A program made the position numbers and the translations under genes. From Terriglobia bacterium (lineage in GTDB: Bacteria > Acidobacteriota > Terriglobia > 20CM-2-55-15): a stretch of DNA of 64,000 bases. The stretch spans positions 448,001 through 512,000 of the forward strand of contig CBDAOY010000005.1 of the NCBI GenBank assembly GCA_965198225.1, in the 5' to 3' direction. Numbering within the stretch: position 1 is the stretch's first letter; each line of letters begins with the position of its first letter. Below are positions 1 through 9,435 of this stretch, in pieces. A model generated the notes under the pieces. It ran no database searches. It saw nothing but the letters and a program-made list of their open reading frames with translations, and was not told the DNA's origin.

Positions 1-25
1 CCACCTGGACCGAGTCGACAATCAT
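1..25 (-). CDS. 5' end of the next gene of the glc operon (probably glcE), running off the window
   Basis: ATG at 25-23 overlaps the glcD stop (ATGA coupling). Identity is inferred only from the usual glcD-glcE order. Confidence 0.4.
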
Positions 26-1500
26 CGGGCCCCTCCCCCGCTACCCGCGACGTAGCGATCGATCCGTCGAGCGGCCTCCGCCGTGCTCGTGACGCCGGGA
101 CCGACCTCCGTACACGAACCCCTCGTGGGGAAGATCTTGCCGGGGTTCAGGAGGCCGTCCGGGTTGAAGACGTTTCGCGTGCGTTTCATGACGTCGAGCG
201 ACTCCTCGTCAAAGGTCATCGTCATGAACTCTTTCTTTTCGACGCCGATGCCGTGCTCGCCGCTGAGCGCCCCGCCGATGGCGACGCAAACATCCATGAT
301 CTCCTCACCCATCGCAAATATCTTGTCGACCTGGTCTGATCGGCGGCTGTCGAACAGGATGAGCGGATGCAGGTTGCCGTCGCCGGCATGGAAGACGTTG
401 GCGACGGGCAGGCCGTGTCGCTCCGAGATGTTCGAGATCCGGGACAGCACTTCCGGAAGCCGCGTACGTGGAATCACCGCATCCATCACGATCATGTCCG
501 GGCTGATCCGACCCATCGCTCCGAACGCCCCTTTGCGGCCGAGCCAAAGCCGAGCCCGCTGGTCTTCGTCGGCGGCAACGTGGATGTCGTAGGCACCGTT
601 CCGTTCGCATAGCGCCAGGATCGACGCCGTCGTATCTTCGAGAGCAACGTCGAAGCCATCCACTTCGATCAGCAGACTGGCCGCTGCATCGAGACGGTAC
701 CCTGCCTTGTAGACCGAAGCTTCAACCGCTTCGGTCGTCTTCTGGTCGACGAACTCCAGGGCGGACGGAACGATCCCGACGGCGGTGATGTCGGAGACTG
801 TCTGGCTGCATTCCTCGACAGTGTGGAAGGCCGCAAGCAGCGTCTTGACGGCCTGCGGCTTTCCGAGCAGCCGGACGGTCACCTCGGTCACGATCGCACA
901 CGTACCTTCAGAGCCGACGACCATGCCGACGAGGTCGTAGCCGATCGGTTCCCCGACCGGGTTTCCGATGCGAACGATGTCGCCGTCCGGCAGGACAGCT
1001 TCGAGTTCGAGAATGTGGTTCGTGGTCATCCCGTACTTCAGGCAATGGGGTCCGCCGGCATTCTCTCCGACATTGCCGCCGATGCTGCATGCCATCTGAG
1101 ACGAAGGATCGGGCGCGTAGTAGAGGCCGTGAGGAGCGGCTGCTTCAGACACGTGAAGATTGACGACGCCGGGCTGCAGAACGGCGATCCGGTTGTCCGG
1201 ATCGATGGAGATGATGCGGTTCATTCTCTGCAGCTCAATGATGATTCCGCCTTCCACCGCCAACGCACCGCCGGAAAGCCCCGTGCCGGCCCCTCGTGGC
1301 AGGAAGGGGATCCGGTAGGCTTTGGCAACCTTCACGATCTCTGAAACCTGGGCCGTCGTAGTCGGGAAGACGACGACGTCGGGAGCGTGTTTGAACAGGG
1401 CCAGGGCGTCGCACTCATAGACGAGCAGATCCGTCTCATCGGCTGTGGCGCCGGAGTCGCCTACGATCGATTTCAGCTTCGCGAGAACTTCGTCCTGCAT
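22..1500 (-). CDS. glcD: FAD-linked oxidase, glycolate oxidase subunit GlcD family
   Basis: Motifs PRGAGTGLSGG, PDPSS, GGPHCLKYG, HAGDGNLHP, GEHGIG and LNPGK. Start set at MQDEV because the upstream extension lies in a REP. Confidence 0.92.
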   Translation of the reverse strand: MQDEVLAKLKSIVGDSGATADETDLLVYECDALALFKHAPDVVVFPTTTAQVSEIVKVAKAYRIPFLPRGAGTGLSGGALAVEGGIIIELQRMNRIISIDPDNRIAVLQPGVVNLHVSEAAAPHGLYYAPDPSSQMACSIGGNVGENAGGPHCLKYGMTTNHILELEAVLPDGDIVRIGNPVGEPIGYDLVGMVVGSEGTCAIVTEVTVRLLGKPQAVKTLLAAFHTVEECSQTVSDITAVGIVPSALEFVDQKTTEAVEASVYKAGYRLDAAASLLIEVDGFDVALEDTTASILALCERNGAYDIHVAADEDQRARLWLGRKGAFGAMGRISPDMIVMDAVIPRTRLPEVLSRISNISERHGLPVANVFHAGDGNLHPLILFDSRRSDQVDKIFAMGEEIMDVCVAIGGALSGEHGIGVEKKEFMTMTFDEESLDVMKRTRNVFNPDGLLNPGKIFPTRGSCTEVGPGVTSTAEAARRIDRYVAGSGGGAR

Positions 1501-1510
1501 AGTGATCAAA

Positions 1511-1578
1511 TGTAGGTGCGGTCTATGACCGCACATTGTTCAGGCTGAGGGATGTGCGCTCATAGTGCGCACCTACAC
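1511..1578. repeat. REPIN (inverted pair of GTAG-type REP palindromes)
   Basis: GTAG-GTGCGGTCTATGACCGCAC ... GTGCGCTCATAGTGCGCAC-CTAC; same family as five other loci in the window. Confidence 0.85.
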
Positions 1579-1896
1579 CTCTCCGTAAATGAGCAGCAAC
1601 CCAACGAGCAACACGACGATGGCGGCGCCCCAGATCATCACGCCCCACCGCGCGGAGCGCGTTTCCCCACGGGGCGGCGCCGCGAATCCAAAGACCGCAC
1701 GATAGCCGGCACGCTCGACCGCGTTAAGGTATGTCTCCTCTGGCGCGTCTTCCGCGGTCACCACGGTTGCGGTCTCGGAGCGAAGATCGACACGCGCATC
1801 TTCGGTGCCCGGAACTTCCATCAACGCCTGGGTCAGGGTGACGACACAGGCGCCGCAATGCATTCCTTCGATCCGAAAACGCAATTCTCGATTCAT
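1573..1896 (-). CDS. heavy-metal-associated (HMA/CopZ-like) domain protein with C-terminal TM helix
   Basis: GMHCGAC metal-binding motif and hydrophobic C-terminus; stop codon lies inside the REP. Confidence 0.8.
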   Translation of the reverse strand: MNRELRFRIEGMHCGACVVTLTQALMEVPGTEDARVDLRSETATVVTAEDAPEETYLNAVERAGYRAVFGFAAPPRGETRSARWGVMIWGAAIVVLLVGLLLIYGEV

Positions 1897-1979
1897 CTCG
1901 AAGAGGAGAAACAAAAAAACCGGCGGAGGCTCATCCGCCAACCGTCCGGTTTCGAAAATAGACTCCCAGTCCGACTGTC

Positions 1980-2543
1980 TTACGGCCCCTGTTTCAGCCT
2001 TGCGATCTCTTCCTTCACCATCTCGATTTGCGGGTATTCCGGATTGGCTTCAACAAGTCGCTCCCACAAGCGAATCGTCCCTTCCCTGTCGTTTCGCTCT
2101 TCGAGGAGCACGACACCCATGTTGAAGAGAGACTGCGGATGGTCAGGGGCGATTGAGAGTGATCTCTCGAAGGCGGCGATGGCATCGTCGATACGGTTGG
2201 AGTAGTACAACGCAGTTCCCAGATCCGTACTGATGTCGACGTTGTCCGGACTGACTTCCAAAGCCCGTCTATAGTACTCCGACGCGCCAGGAAAGTTCTC
2301 GCTGTCGAAGTGGAGGTTCCCCATCTGTACGAGCGCTTGAAAGTTCGTCGGATCGCTTCCGAGCTGGTTCTCGAGTTGCTCTCTCATCTCGGCGGCAGCT
2401 TCTGATTCCACCGGTCCGCGTGCAAGGGCCGCACCGTCACGAATGATGATCGGTCCGAGATCGCGATCCCGAACCCACAAATAGGTCATCAGAAAACCGA
2501 GCAGAAAGCCGACCAGAAGCAAGAGGACGGAGTCCCTGTTCAT
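1980..2543 (-). CDS. membrane-anchored tetratricopeptide repeat protein
   Basis: N-terminal TM helix followed by TPR-like repeats (ALVQMGNLHF, DLGTALYY, SLFNMGVVL). Confidence 0.82.
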   Translation of the reverse strand: MNRDSVLLLLVGFLLGFLMTYLWVRDRDLGPIIIRDGAALARGPVESEAAAEMREQLENQLGSDPTNFQALVQMGNLHFDSENFPGASEYYRRALEVSPDNVDISTDLGTALYYSNRIDDAIAAFERSLSIAPDHPQSLFNMGVVLLEERNDREGTIRLWERLVEANPEYPQIEMVKEEIARLKQGP

Positions 2544-2685
2544 CGCGATGATGATACCACGGAACAAGACCCGTTCCGGGAGTCATCAAGGCCCGCAAGC
2601 TTATGTAAAAAAGGCTCTTCCGGAGACCTAGTGGGTCCAATTGCAGATCGCCATGTGCGTCGACGACTTCCGTGGGTGAGGGGAA

Positions 2686-2781
2686 GATACTAACCACGGA
2701 GGCACGGAGCCACAGAGGAAACCGTGATCGATCCATCCGTCATCCAAACCTCCGTGCCTTCGCGCCTCCGTGGTTAGTATC
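2686..2781. repeat. long intergenic inverted repeat of ACCACGGAGGCACGGAG type (second REP-like family)
   Basis: 33-bp arms at 2686-2718 and 2749-2781 are reverse complements with about 4 mismatches. Confidence 0.75.
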
Positions 2782-2888
2782 CCTCTTCAATCTGCAAGCG
2801 GGAAAGGGGCGGGCTCACCGCCCGCAGTTTTGAAGACCGGGTTTCCTCGACACGGATTCGAAGACCGCGATTCGTGCAAAAGAGGCTT

Positions 2889-3491
2889 TCACCCCATCAG
2901 AAGCTTCTCGAAGACCGCTTTGTAGAGACTGTCGGGAAACTGTGCGCCGACGGCCGAGGAAGAGAGCAGATCAACCGCGATCGCCGGCCGGTCGAGGTGA
3001 TGGATGGCGTTCGGCACACGATCGGCGACCAGCAGTTTGTACGCGAGCACCACGGAGCAGTCCGCAAGACCGCCATGGAACGCCCGCACGCTGGCCTGGA
3101 CCCAGGCGTCGAGTTCCGCGTCGCCCAGCACGAGGGAGAGCCGCAGGAAAATCTTTCTGCCGTCAAGTTCCAGAACGGAGTCTCCGTCGCCGGCGATTCG
3201 CCGTCTCCAGCCCGATCCTCCGATGACCTCGTCTGCGGCGGCCAACACCGCGTCCTGCAACTCCGGCGGTGCGGCGACCACGAGACGCCGGTCGTAGGCC
3301 CGCCGCTTCTTGACGTCTTTCAGGCATTCAAACGCCTCGTTGATCAACGTCATCCGCGAACGGGCCGCCGGCGTCGGATTGCGATCGGGATGGTACTCCC
3401 TTGCCAGCGTACGGTAGGCGTTGTGGACTTGATCCGGCGAGGCGTCCCTTACCAGTTTCAGGATGGAGTAATAATCGACGCTCGACTTCAT
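2889..3491 (-). CDS. DnaJ (J-domain) protein with uncharacterised C-terminal domain
   Basis: DYYSIL...AYRTLAREYHPDRN...INEAFECL; HPD motif present; start overlaps the stop of the upstream ATPase. Confidence 0.85.
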   Translation of the reverse strand: MKSSVDYYSILKLVRDASPDQVHNAYRTLAREYHPDRNPTPAARSRMTLINEAFECLKDVKKRRAYDRRLVVAAPPELQDAVLAAADEVIGGSGWRRRIAGDGDSVLELDGRKIFLRLSLVLGDAELDAWVQASVRAFHGGLADCSVVLAYKLLVADRVPNAIHHLDRPAIAVDLLSSSAVGAQFPDSLYKAVFEKLLMG

Positions 3492-4948
3492 CGCGAATCA
3501 CCGAAATAGCACGTGCGATAGGCTTCCTCGACGGAAACGGTCCCGTCGAGAGCCAGGGCGACGGCCTGGTCGATGAGTGGAACGAAACCGGAGCGCCGGG
3601 CCTCGGTCTCGAGGCCTCCCTCCGATCCCGCGGCGACGAGAGCGCGGAGACTCCGGTCGACCTCCAGTATTTCAAACAGGGGACGACGACTGCGGATGCC
3701 GCTGAACCGGCAGTCCAGACAGCCGTAGCTTCGCCGCAGTCGTTCGGCCTCGGAAGGGGGGATTCCGAGGCGTTCAAGATAGAAAGCCTCCGGATAGTCC
3801 GGTCGCAGGCAATTCGGGCAGTTCGTCCGGATGAGACGCTGGGCGAGGACGCCAACCAACGCCGATGACACCAGATGGCGGTCGACGCCGAGTTCGCGAA
3901 GGCGTCGGAGGGCGGACACCCCGTCGGTCGCATGCAATGTCGAGAGGACGAGATGCCCGGTCAATGCCGCGTTGAAGGCAATCTGAGCGGTTTCGCGGTC
4001 GCGTATTTCCCCTACCAGAATCACGTCGGGGTCCTGACGCAGCGTCGAGCGCAACGCGGAGTGGAAGGTGAGGCCGGTCTTTTCATCGACCTGAACCTGG
4101 CGGATCCCGTCTACCCGGTACTCGACGGGATTTTCGATCGTCACGATCCCGAGCGGCCGCTCCCGCAGCTCATCGATCAGGGCGTACAGTGTGGTGGTCT
4201 TTCCGGTGCCCGTCGGGCCCACAACCAGTAGAATGCCCTGCGTTCTCCGCGAGATCGCACGCAACCGTTCTTGAACATCGCTCCCGATCCCGAGTTCTGC
4301 GAGCTTCGGACTGCTGAGACGGCCACCCAGCATGCGTGCGACAACCGCCTCGCCCCTGTGCGTGGGCAGGGTCGACAAGCGCGCTTCGAATCCGGCCGAC
4401 GACTCAGGGATGTGACCGTCCTGGGGAACGCGCCTCTCGCTGACGTCGAGCCTGGCCATCACCTTGATCCGCGCGACGAGACGGTCTGTCAACCACCGCG
4501 GAATCTCGAACCCGTCCTGCATCAGGCCGTCGACACGGTACCGGATACGTGTCAATCGATCCCCGGGCTCGACGTGCAGATCGCTGGCACCCCGTCGCAC
4601 GGCCTCGGCGAAGACGAGTTTCTGGATTCGCACAACCGGCGACTCGGGAAGCGCGGCCCTCTTCTGAGGGGCAACAAGGGCCGGGAGCAGCGTGGGGGCA
4701 TAGTGGCTTTCGATGGCGCGGTCGATGGCGACCGCGCTGGATTCGACACCCTCGACACGCATACCCGTGAGGAACTCGATTTCGGTGATGGTCGTGAGAT
4801 CTGTCGGATTCGACATCGCGACCAACAGCCGCGACCCGGAATCCTTTCTCAAAGGGATGCAGTGATAGCGCCGAGCGTGATCGGCGGAGAGGAGATCGAT
4901 CGCGTCGTCGTCGGGAAGGAGCGAGGGTACAACCTGAGTTTGAGACAT
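3488..4948 (-). CDS. GspE/PilB/PulE family secretion/pilus ATPase
   Basis: ASDLHVEP, RYRVDG, Walker A GPTGTGKTTT, LRQDPDVILVGEIRD, TGHLVLSTLH, Zn-binding CPNC...CLDC. Confidence 0.92.
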   Translation of the reverse strand: MSQTQVVPSLLPDDDAIDLLSADHARRYHCIPLRKDSGSRLLVAMSNPTDLTTITEIEFLTGMRVEGVESSAVAIDRAIESHYAPTLLPALVAPQKRAALPESPVVRIQKLVFAEAVRRGASDLHVEPGDRLTRIRYRVDGLMQDGFEIPRWLTDRLVARIKVMARLDVSERRVPQDGHIPESSAGFEARLSTLPTHRGEAVVARMLGGRLSSPKLAELGIGSDVQERLRAISRRTQGILLVVGPTGTGKTTTLYALIDELRERPLGIVTIENPVEYRVDGIRQVQVDEKTGLTFHSALRSTLRQDPDVILVGEIRDRETAQIAFNAALTGHLVLSTLHATDGVSALRRLRELGVDRHLVSSALVGVLAQRLIRTNCPNCLRPDYPEAFYLERLGIPPSEAERLRRSYGCLDCRFSGIRSRRPLFEILEVDRSLRALVAAGSEGGLETEARRSGFVPLIDQAVALALDGTVSVEEAYRTCYFGDSR

Positions 4949-5096
4949 GTTTTCCTGAAAGAAGGGCGATAAAAGGCGGGCTCAGCCATGACACCACAGA
5001 AGCCGCCAGTTGGTCAATAGCACCCCTGGAGAGTCCGGAACGGCGGCGTCAATCGGTTTGGATGGTGGTACGGTTCGCAGTCAGCCGAAATCTGAT

Positions 5097-5431
5097 TGCC
5101 CAGGCTGCCTGTGACGGCCTAGGATAGAGCTTCCCGTGGGACGTCACCCGAAGAGGAGGTCTGTCTTGAAGGAAGCGGCACAGCCGAAACACTGGATCGT
5201 CCGGACGGCCGTCCAGGCCGGCCTGGAAGGAAGTAACGCACTGGACATTCGGGCAGGAGTTCCCACCGACGAAGCATGGGAGGCCGTCCAGAGATCCTGC
5301 GGTGTGGACGAGGTGGAACTGACCGGCCATGTGGCAGCACAGCAGCGTCTCGCGGTTGCCGATTTTCCCACCTCAGAGAACCGCGCCCTGAAGTTGCTCC
5401 CCGAGAAGGTGCCCAGGCTGCCTGTGACGGC
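5097..5431 (+). repeat. exact 22-bp direct repeat TGCCCAGGCTGCCTGTGACGGC
   Basis: copies at 5097-5118 and 5410-5431. Confidence 0.9.
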
Positions 5432-7167
5432 GATTTCAGGTCTTTCCACTGCGTGAAGAGCACAATCGGCTGATCGTCGCCACGAGCGAGCCTGGGAATC
5501 TCGTCGCGGAACAGGCGATCGGGTTCGCTTCAGGAAGACACACGATCTTCGAAGTGGCTTGTCCCGGCGCGATCACCAACGCCATAGCGACGCATTACTC
5601 GGCCGACCAACTGACCGAAAGCCTCATGAGCCACGTGCAGACGGAACTCGCCGAATCGGTTCGCGTCCTGGAGTCGTCCGCGCCTGAAGATGTCACGGCC
5701 GGGGAAACAGAAAGAGCGCCGGTCGTCAAGCTGACCAACTTGATCCTCCACGATGCCATCGCCAGCGGCGCCAGCGACATACACATCGAGCCGGAGCTGC
5801 AGGGGGGGTGTGTCAGGATGCGGGTTGACGGCGTTCTCCGAAACTACCTGAAGATGCCTCGTCCGATACTGAATCGCGTCGTTTCGCGCGTCAAGGTGCT
5901 CGGCGGAATGGATATCGCGGATCGGCTCCGGCCCCACAGCGGTCGGACCCGCATCAGCGTGGGCAGCGCCAGCTACGACCTTCGGATCTCGACAGTCCCC
6001 ACGCGTGACACCGAGAAGGCGGTGGTTCGCGTCCTCAGCCCGGAGGGCTCGCACGGATTGGAAGAACTGAGTCTGCCGGGGACGGACCTGGACAAGGTGC
6101 GTCATCTGATTTCGCAGCGCGACGGTATCGTCATCGTGACCGGCCCGACGGGGTCCGGTAAGACCACGACGTTGTACGGGACGATTCGTGAACTTGCAGC
6201 CTCCGGCCAGATCAACATCATGACGGTCGAAGATCCGGTGGAGTACGAGCTGGCCGGCGTGACTCAAATCCAGGTCGCTCCGCGCCGGGGCGTCACTTTC
6301 GCCTCCGCGCTTCGAGCGATCCTTCGCCAGGACCCGGACGTGATACTGGTCGGCGAGATTCGAGACCTCGAAACCGCCGGGATCGCAGTCCAGGCCAGCG
6401 TAACGGGTCACCTCGTCCTGGCGACGCTTCACACCAACGACGCCATCGGCGTGATCCCGCGTCTGTCCGCGCTCGGCTTGCACCCATCGGCCGTCGCAGG
6501 GGCGTTCCGCGGAGCCCTGGCGCAGAGGCTGGTGCGACAGGTCTGCAGTCATTGTTGCGAAAAGGTCGATTCGCTGACCCCCCGGGAACAGCGCCTGGCG
6601 GATCGCTACGACGTCCGGCCGACGGTTCGGGCGCATGGCTGCGATCATTGCGGCAGGACGGGCTATCGCGGCCGTCTTCCCGTCATCGAAATCGTCGTCA
6701 AGACCGCAGAGCTGGAAGAACTCATCGGGAGCGGAGCCACCGCTCTGGAATTGGGCAAGGCTGCTCGAGAGGGCGGGGCAAGGCCGATGGTCTCGATGGG
6801 TCTGGACAGGGTAGCGGAGGGCCTGACGACACTCGAAGAGGTCGAGCGGGTTCTTGGCGAAACCGTCGAAGATAAAGTCTCGAAAGCTCCAAGCGGGCCG
6901 CATGTTCTCCTGGTGGACCACGACATGGACGAACTCGAACTGCTCCAGCTGACGCTCGAGCGGAACGGTTATGGGCCTCCGCCTGTCCTCCACCTGGGCA
7001 TTGACCGGCACCCGAAGGCGGCCCTCTATAAGAAGCTGGAAGAAGACTGGAGGCGGCTTAGAAAGAATCCCTTCAAGTTGATTAAGGAAGTGAAACGACC
7101 CGAGGGCGGGACCGGCAACAAGGATTCCTCGACGGCGAAACCGAATGTTCGGGTAGCCAAAGCCTGA
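5136..7167 (+). pseudogene. second GspE/PilB ATPase (N-terminal domain, ATPase, truncated receiver domain), frameshifted near 5412-5427 and fused to a foreign C-terminal tail
   Basis: ORF 5136-5456 (..LKLLPEKV) continues in another frame as RRFQVFPLREE.. into ORF 5554-7167 (GPTGSGKTTT, LRQDPDVILVGEIRD). The REC start PHVLLVDHD..LERNGY is cut off. Confidence 0.78.
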
Positions 7168-7169
7168 GA
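7023..7169 (+). repeat. diverged duplicate of the patatin gene 3' end (second copy at 9074-9220)
   Basis: LYKKLEEDWRRLRKNPFKLI..RVAKA versus LYKKLEDDWQELRKKPFELI..RAAKA; both followed by TGAGA. Confidence 0.9.
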
Positions 7170-7268
7170 GTCAAGCCGATTCTCCGGTTGATGCGCAGGC
7201 CTCGCCATCGATGGACTCCGACCGTGGCCCACCGGTACACCTCATCGAACAAGCGGAGGGTTGAGTTC

Positions 7269-9218
7269 ATGAACGACCAGATCAAGATTGACAAGAAGGA
7301 AGAAACCGACGAACGCCCTCTTGGAAAGATTGCCCTGTCCCTGTCCGGCGGTGGAGGTCGGGCAGCCGGATTCCACATGGGGGCCCTCGCCTACCTGGAT
7401 CGCGTCGACTTGCTGAAGGACGTTACGATCCTTTCGTCGGTGTCCGGTGGCAGCCACGTTGCGGCCAAGTACGCGCTGACACTGAAGAAGGCGCCTGAGG
7501 AGGAACCCCTCCCCGTCACATTTAGTCGTTTCTATCAGGAGTACTTCGGTTTTCTGATGCGTGCGAACCTGGTGCCGCGGGCCTTCGAGAAACTCAGTGC
7601 ACGGTCCAAACCCGATTCAACCCGCAAATCCGAACGCCAGAATGCGGTACTGGCGTTGGCGGACATCTACGACGAGTCGGAAAATTTTCTGAACGGCGCC
7701 CGATTCGATGTGTTCTGGGGAGGCAGGGAAATCCATCTGAAGGAAATCATCATCAACACGACGGAGTTCAAAACGGGGATGACCTTCCGCTTTCATAAGG
7801 GCGCGTCCAGCCGCAGGAGCGGCAACCGCTTTGTCCCGCTGCCCGAGGACTACGCGCGCAAGGCCCGCCTGGCAGACATCGTCGCCGCGTCCTCCTGCAT
7901 TCCGGTCGGACTCGAGCCCATGTTTTTCCCGCAAGATTTCCGCTGGCCGGAAGATGAACCGAAGCTATGCGGTGAGATCGAAGGCTACATCGCGTACCAC
8001 TGCGGCAGCGACACGCAAGGCAACAGGGTGGCGTCCGTGTCCCTGATGGACGGCGGGGTGTACGACAACCAGGGCACCGACTCGGTGGCGATCGCGCTCA
8101 GGCCGGATTCGCGCCAGGACCTGGAGAGGGCGGACATGATCGCCGCCAGATTCGTCCGCAAATATGACGAAATACCGGTAACGGCGGAGCTCGGACTCCT
8201 GATCATATCGGACACCCCGATCCTGAACGACAACGTCTACCCGGCACCGGATCCGGCCCGCCCCGCCGCGAAGGGTCGACTGACGCTCGGCCATCTGAAC
8301 CGCGCGATGCTCACCTTGACGGTTCTCGGATTGGTGATGGTTCTCATGAACATCGTTTCTTTCGTCACGGCCATAGACGATTTAGGGAAGGAAATATCCG
8401 ACGCTGCTGCGCTTGCCGATGCCACCGTGTGGTCGGCCGTAAAGTTCTTCTGGAGTGAGATCACTATAAACCAAGCCGTGAACTTCCTCGCCTCGGGCAT
8501 GCCGGTCATCGTCGGGCTGTTGATGCTCAGTATCTTTTCGCGGGTCCGATCCAGCGTGCGGGCGGCCCTGTTGAAGCTACCCGAATCCGATGCAGGTGAG
8601 GGGGCTGGATCTGAAAAGGCGAAACCCAAACCAGGAACTCTCGGCTGGTTTGCGCGTCGCCGTGTCGCGTGGAATCGATGGAAGAGCTTGAGCGGGTTGA
8701 GGGTGAGCATGCTGATGGAAATGATGGACCTGCGCCTGACTTCCACCTGGGCTCTGACCAGCACCATTTTCCTGGACCGCATCCGTTCGCTCGGGTACTC
8801 GCTGCTCCACAATCGTGACGACATCAAGGACCGGGTCATCAAGAACGAGATCTATTGCATAGTGGAGCAGGAGAACAAAGGTTCGAAACATGCGCCGTCG
8901 GCCCAGATGCTCGCGGTGGCTCAACGTGCCTCCACGATGGAAACGCAACTCTGGTACGACGATGACGCCCAGTTGAAAGACCTGGTCGCCTGCGGGCAGT
9001 TCACCATGTGCTACAACCTCCTCGAACATATTGACAAACTGCGCGCAGCCGGGAAGGACAGCGGCCTGGCGAGCCTCTACAAGAAGCTGGAAGACGACTG
9101 GCAGGAGCTGAGAAAGAAACCCTTCGAGTTGATCCCCGAAATGAAAAAGCCCGAGGGCGGGAGCGGCGACAAGGGTTCCTCGACGGTGAAACCGAAGGTT
9201 CGGGCCGCCAAGGCCTGA
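7269..9218 (+). CDS. patatin-like phospholipase with internal TM helices
   Basis: SLSGGGGRA oxyanion loop, SSVSGGS nucleophile elbow, DGGVYDN; GGAGG-like RBS before the ATG at 7269. Confidence 0.88.
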   Translation: MNDQIKIDKKEETDERPLGKIALSLSGGGGRAAGFHMGALAYLDRVDLLKDVTILSSVSGGSHVAAKYALTLKKAPEEEPLPVTFSRFYQEYFGFLMRANLVPRAFEKLSARSKPDSTRKSERQNAVLALADIYDESENFLNGARFDVFWGGREIHLKEIIINTTEFKTGMTFRFHKGASSRRSGNRFVPLPEDYARKARLADIVAASSCIPVGLEPMFFPQDFRWPEDEPKLCGEIEGYIAYHCGSDTQGNRVASVSLMDGGVYDNQGTDSVAIALRPDSRQDLERADMIAARFVRKYDEIPVTAELGLLIISDTPILNDNVYPAPDPARPAAKGRLTLGHLNRAMLTLTVLGLVMVLMNIVSFVTAIDDLGKEISDAAALADATVWSAVKFFWSEITINQAVNFLASGMPVIVGLLMLSIFSRVRSSVRAALLKLPESDAGEGAGSEKAKPKPGTLGWFARRRVAWNRWKSLSGLRVSMLMEMMDLRLTSTWALTSTIFLDRIRSLGYSLLHNRDDIKDRVIKNEIYCIVEQENKGSKHAPSAQMLAVAQRASTMETQLWYDDDAQLKDLVACGQFTMCYNLLEHIDKLRAAGKDSGLASLYKKLEDDWQELRKKPFELIPEMKKPEGGSGDKGSSTVKPKVRAAKA

Positions 9219-9360
9219 GAATTGGGGACCCGGTTAGCAGTGCTGTCCAAACAATTTGGATTGAGCCCCGCTGGCGGGATAAGCCCGGGGGATTCGGAAG
9301 TCGTCGCGTCGAGTCTGCGATGAAGTTTCGGTGCAGGAGACAATCGAAACTCTAGGATCG

Positions 9361-9432
9361 GGTGTAGGTGCGCTCTATGAGCGCACAGCGTTTCGGTTCG
9401 AAGATTATGCGGTCATAGACCGCACCTACACC
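9361..9432. repeat. REPIN between convergent genes
   Basis: GTAG-GTGCGCTCTATGAGCGCAC ... TGCGGTCATAGACCGCAC-CTAC. Confidence 0.85.
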
Positions 9433-9435
9433 TTC

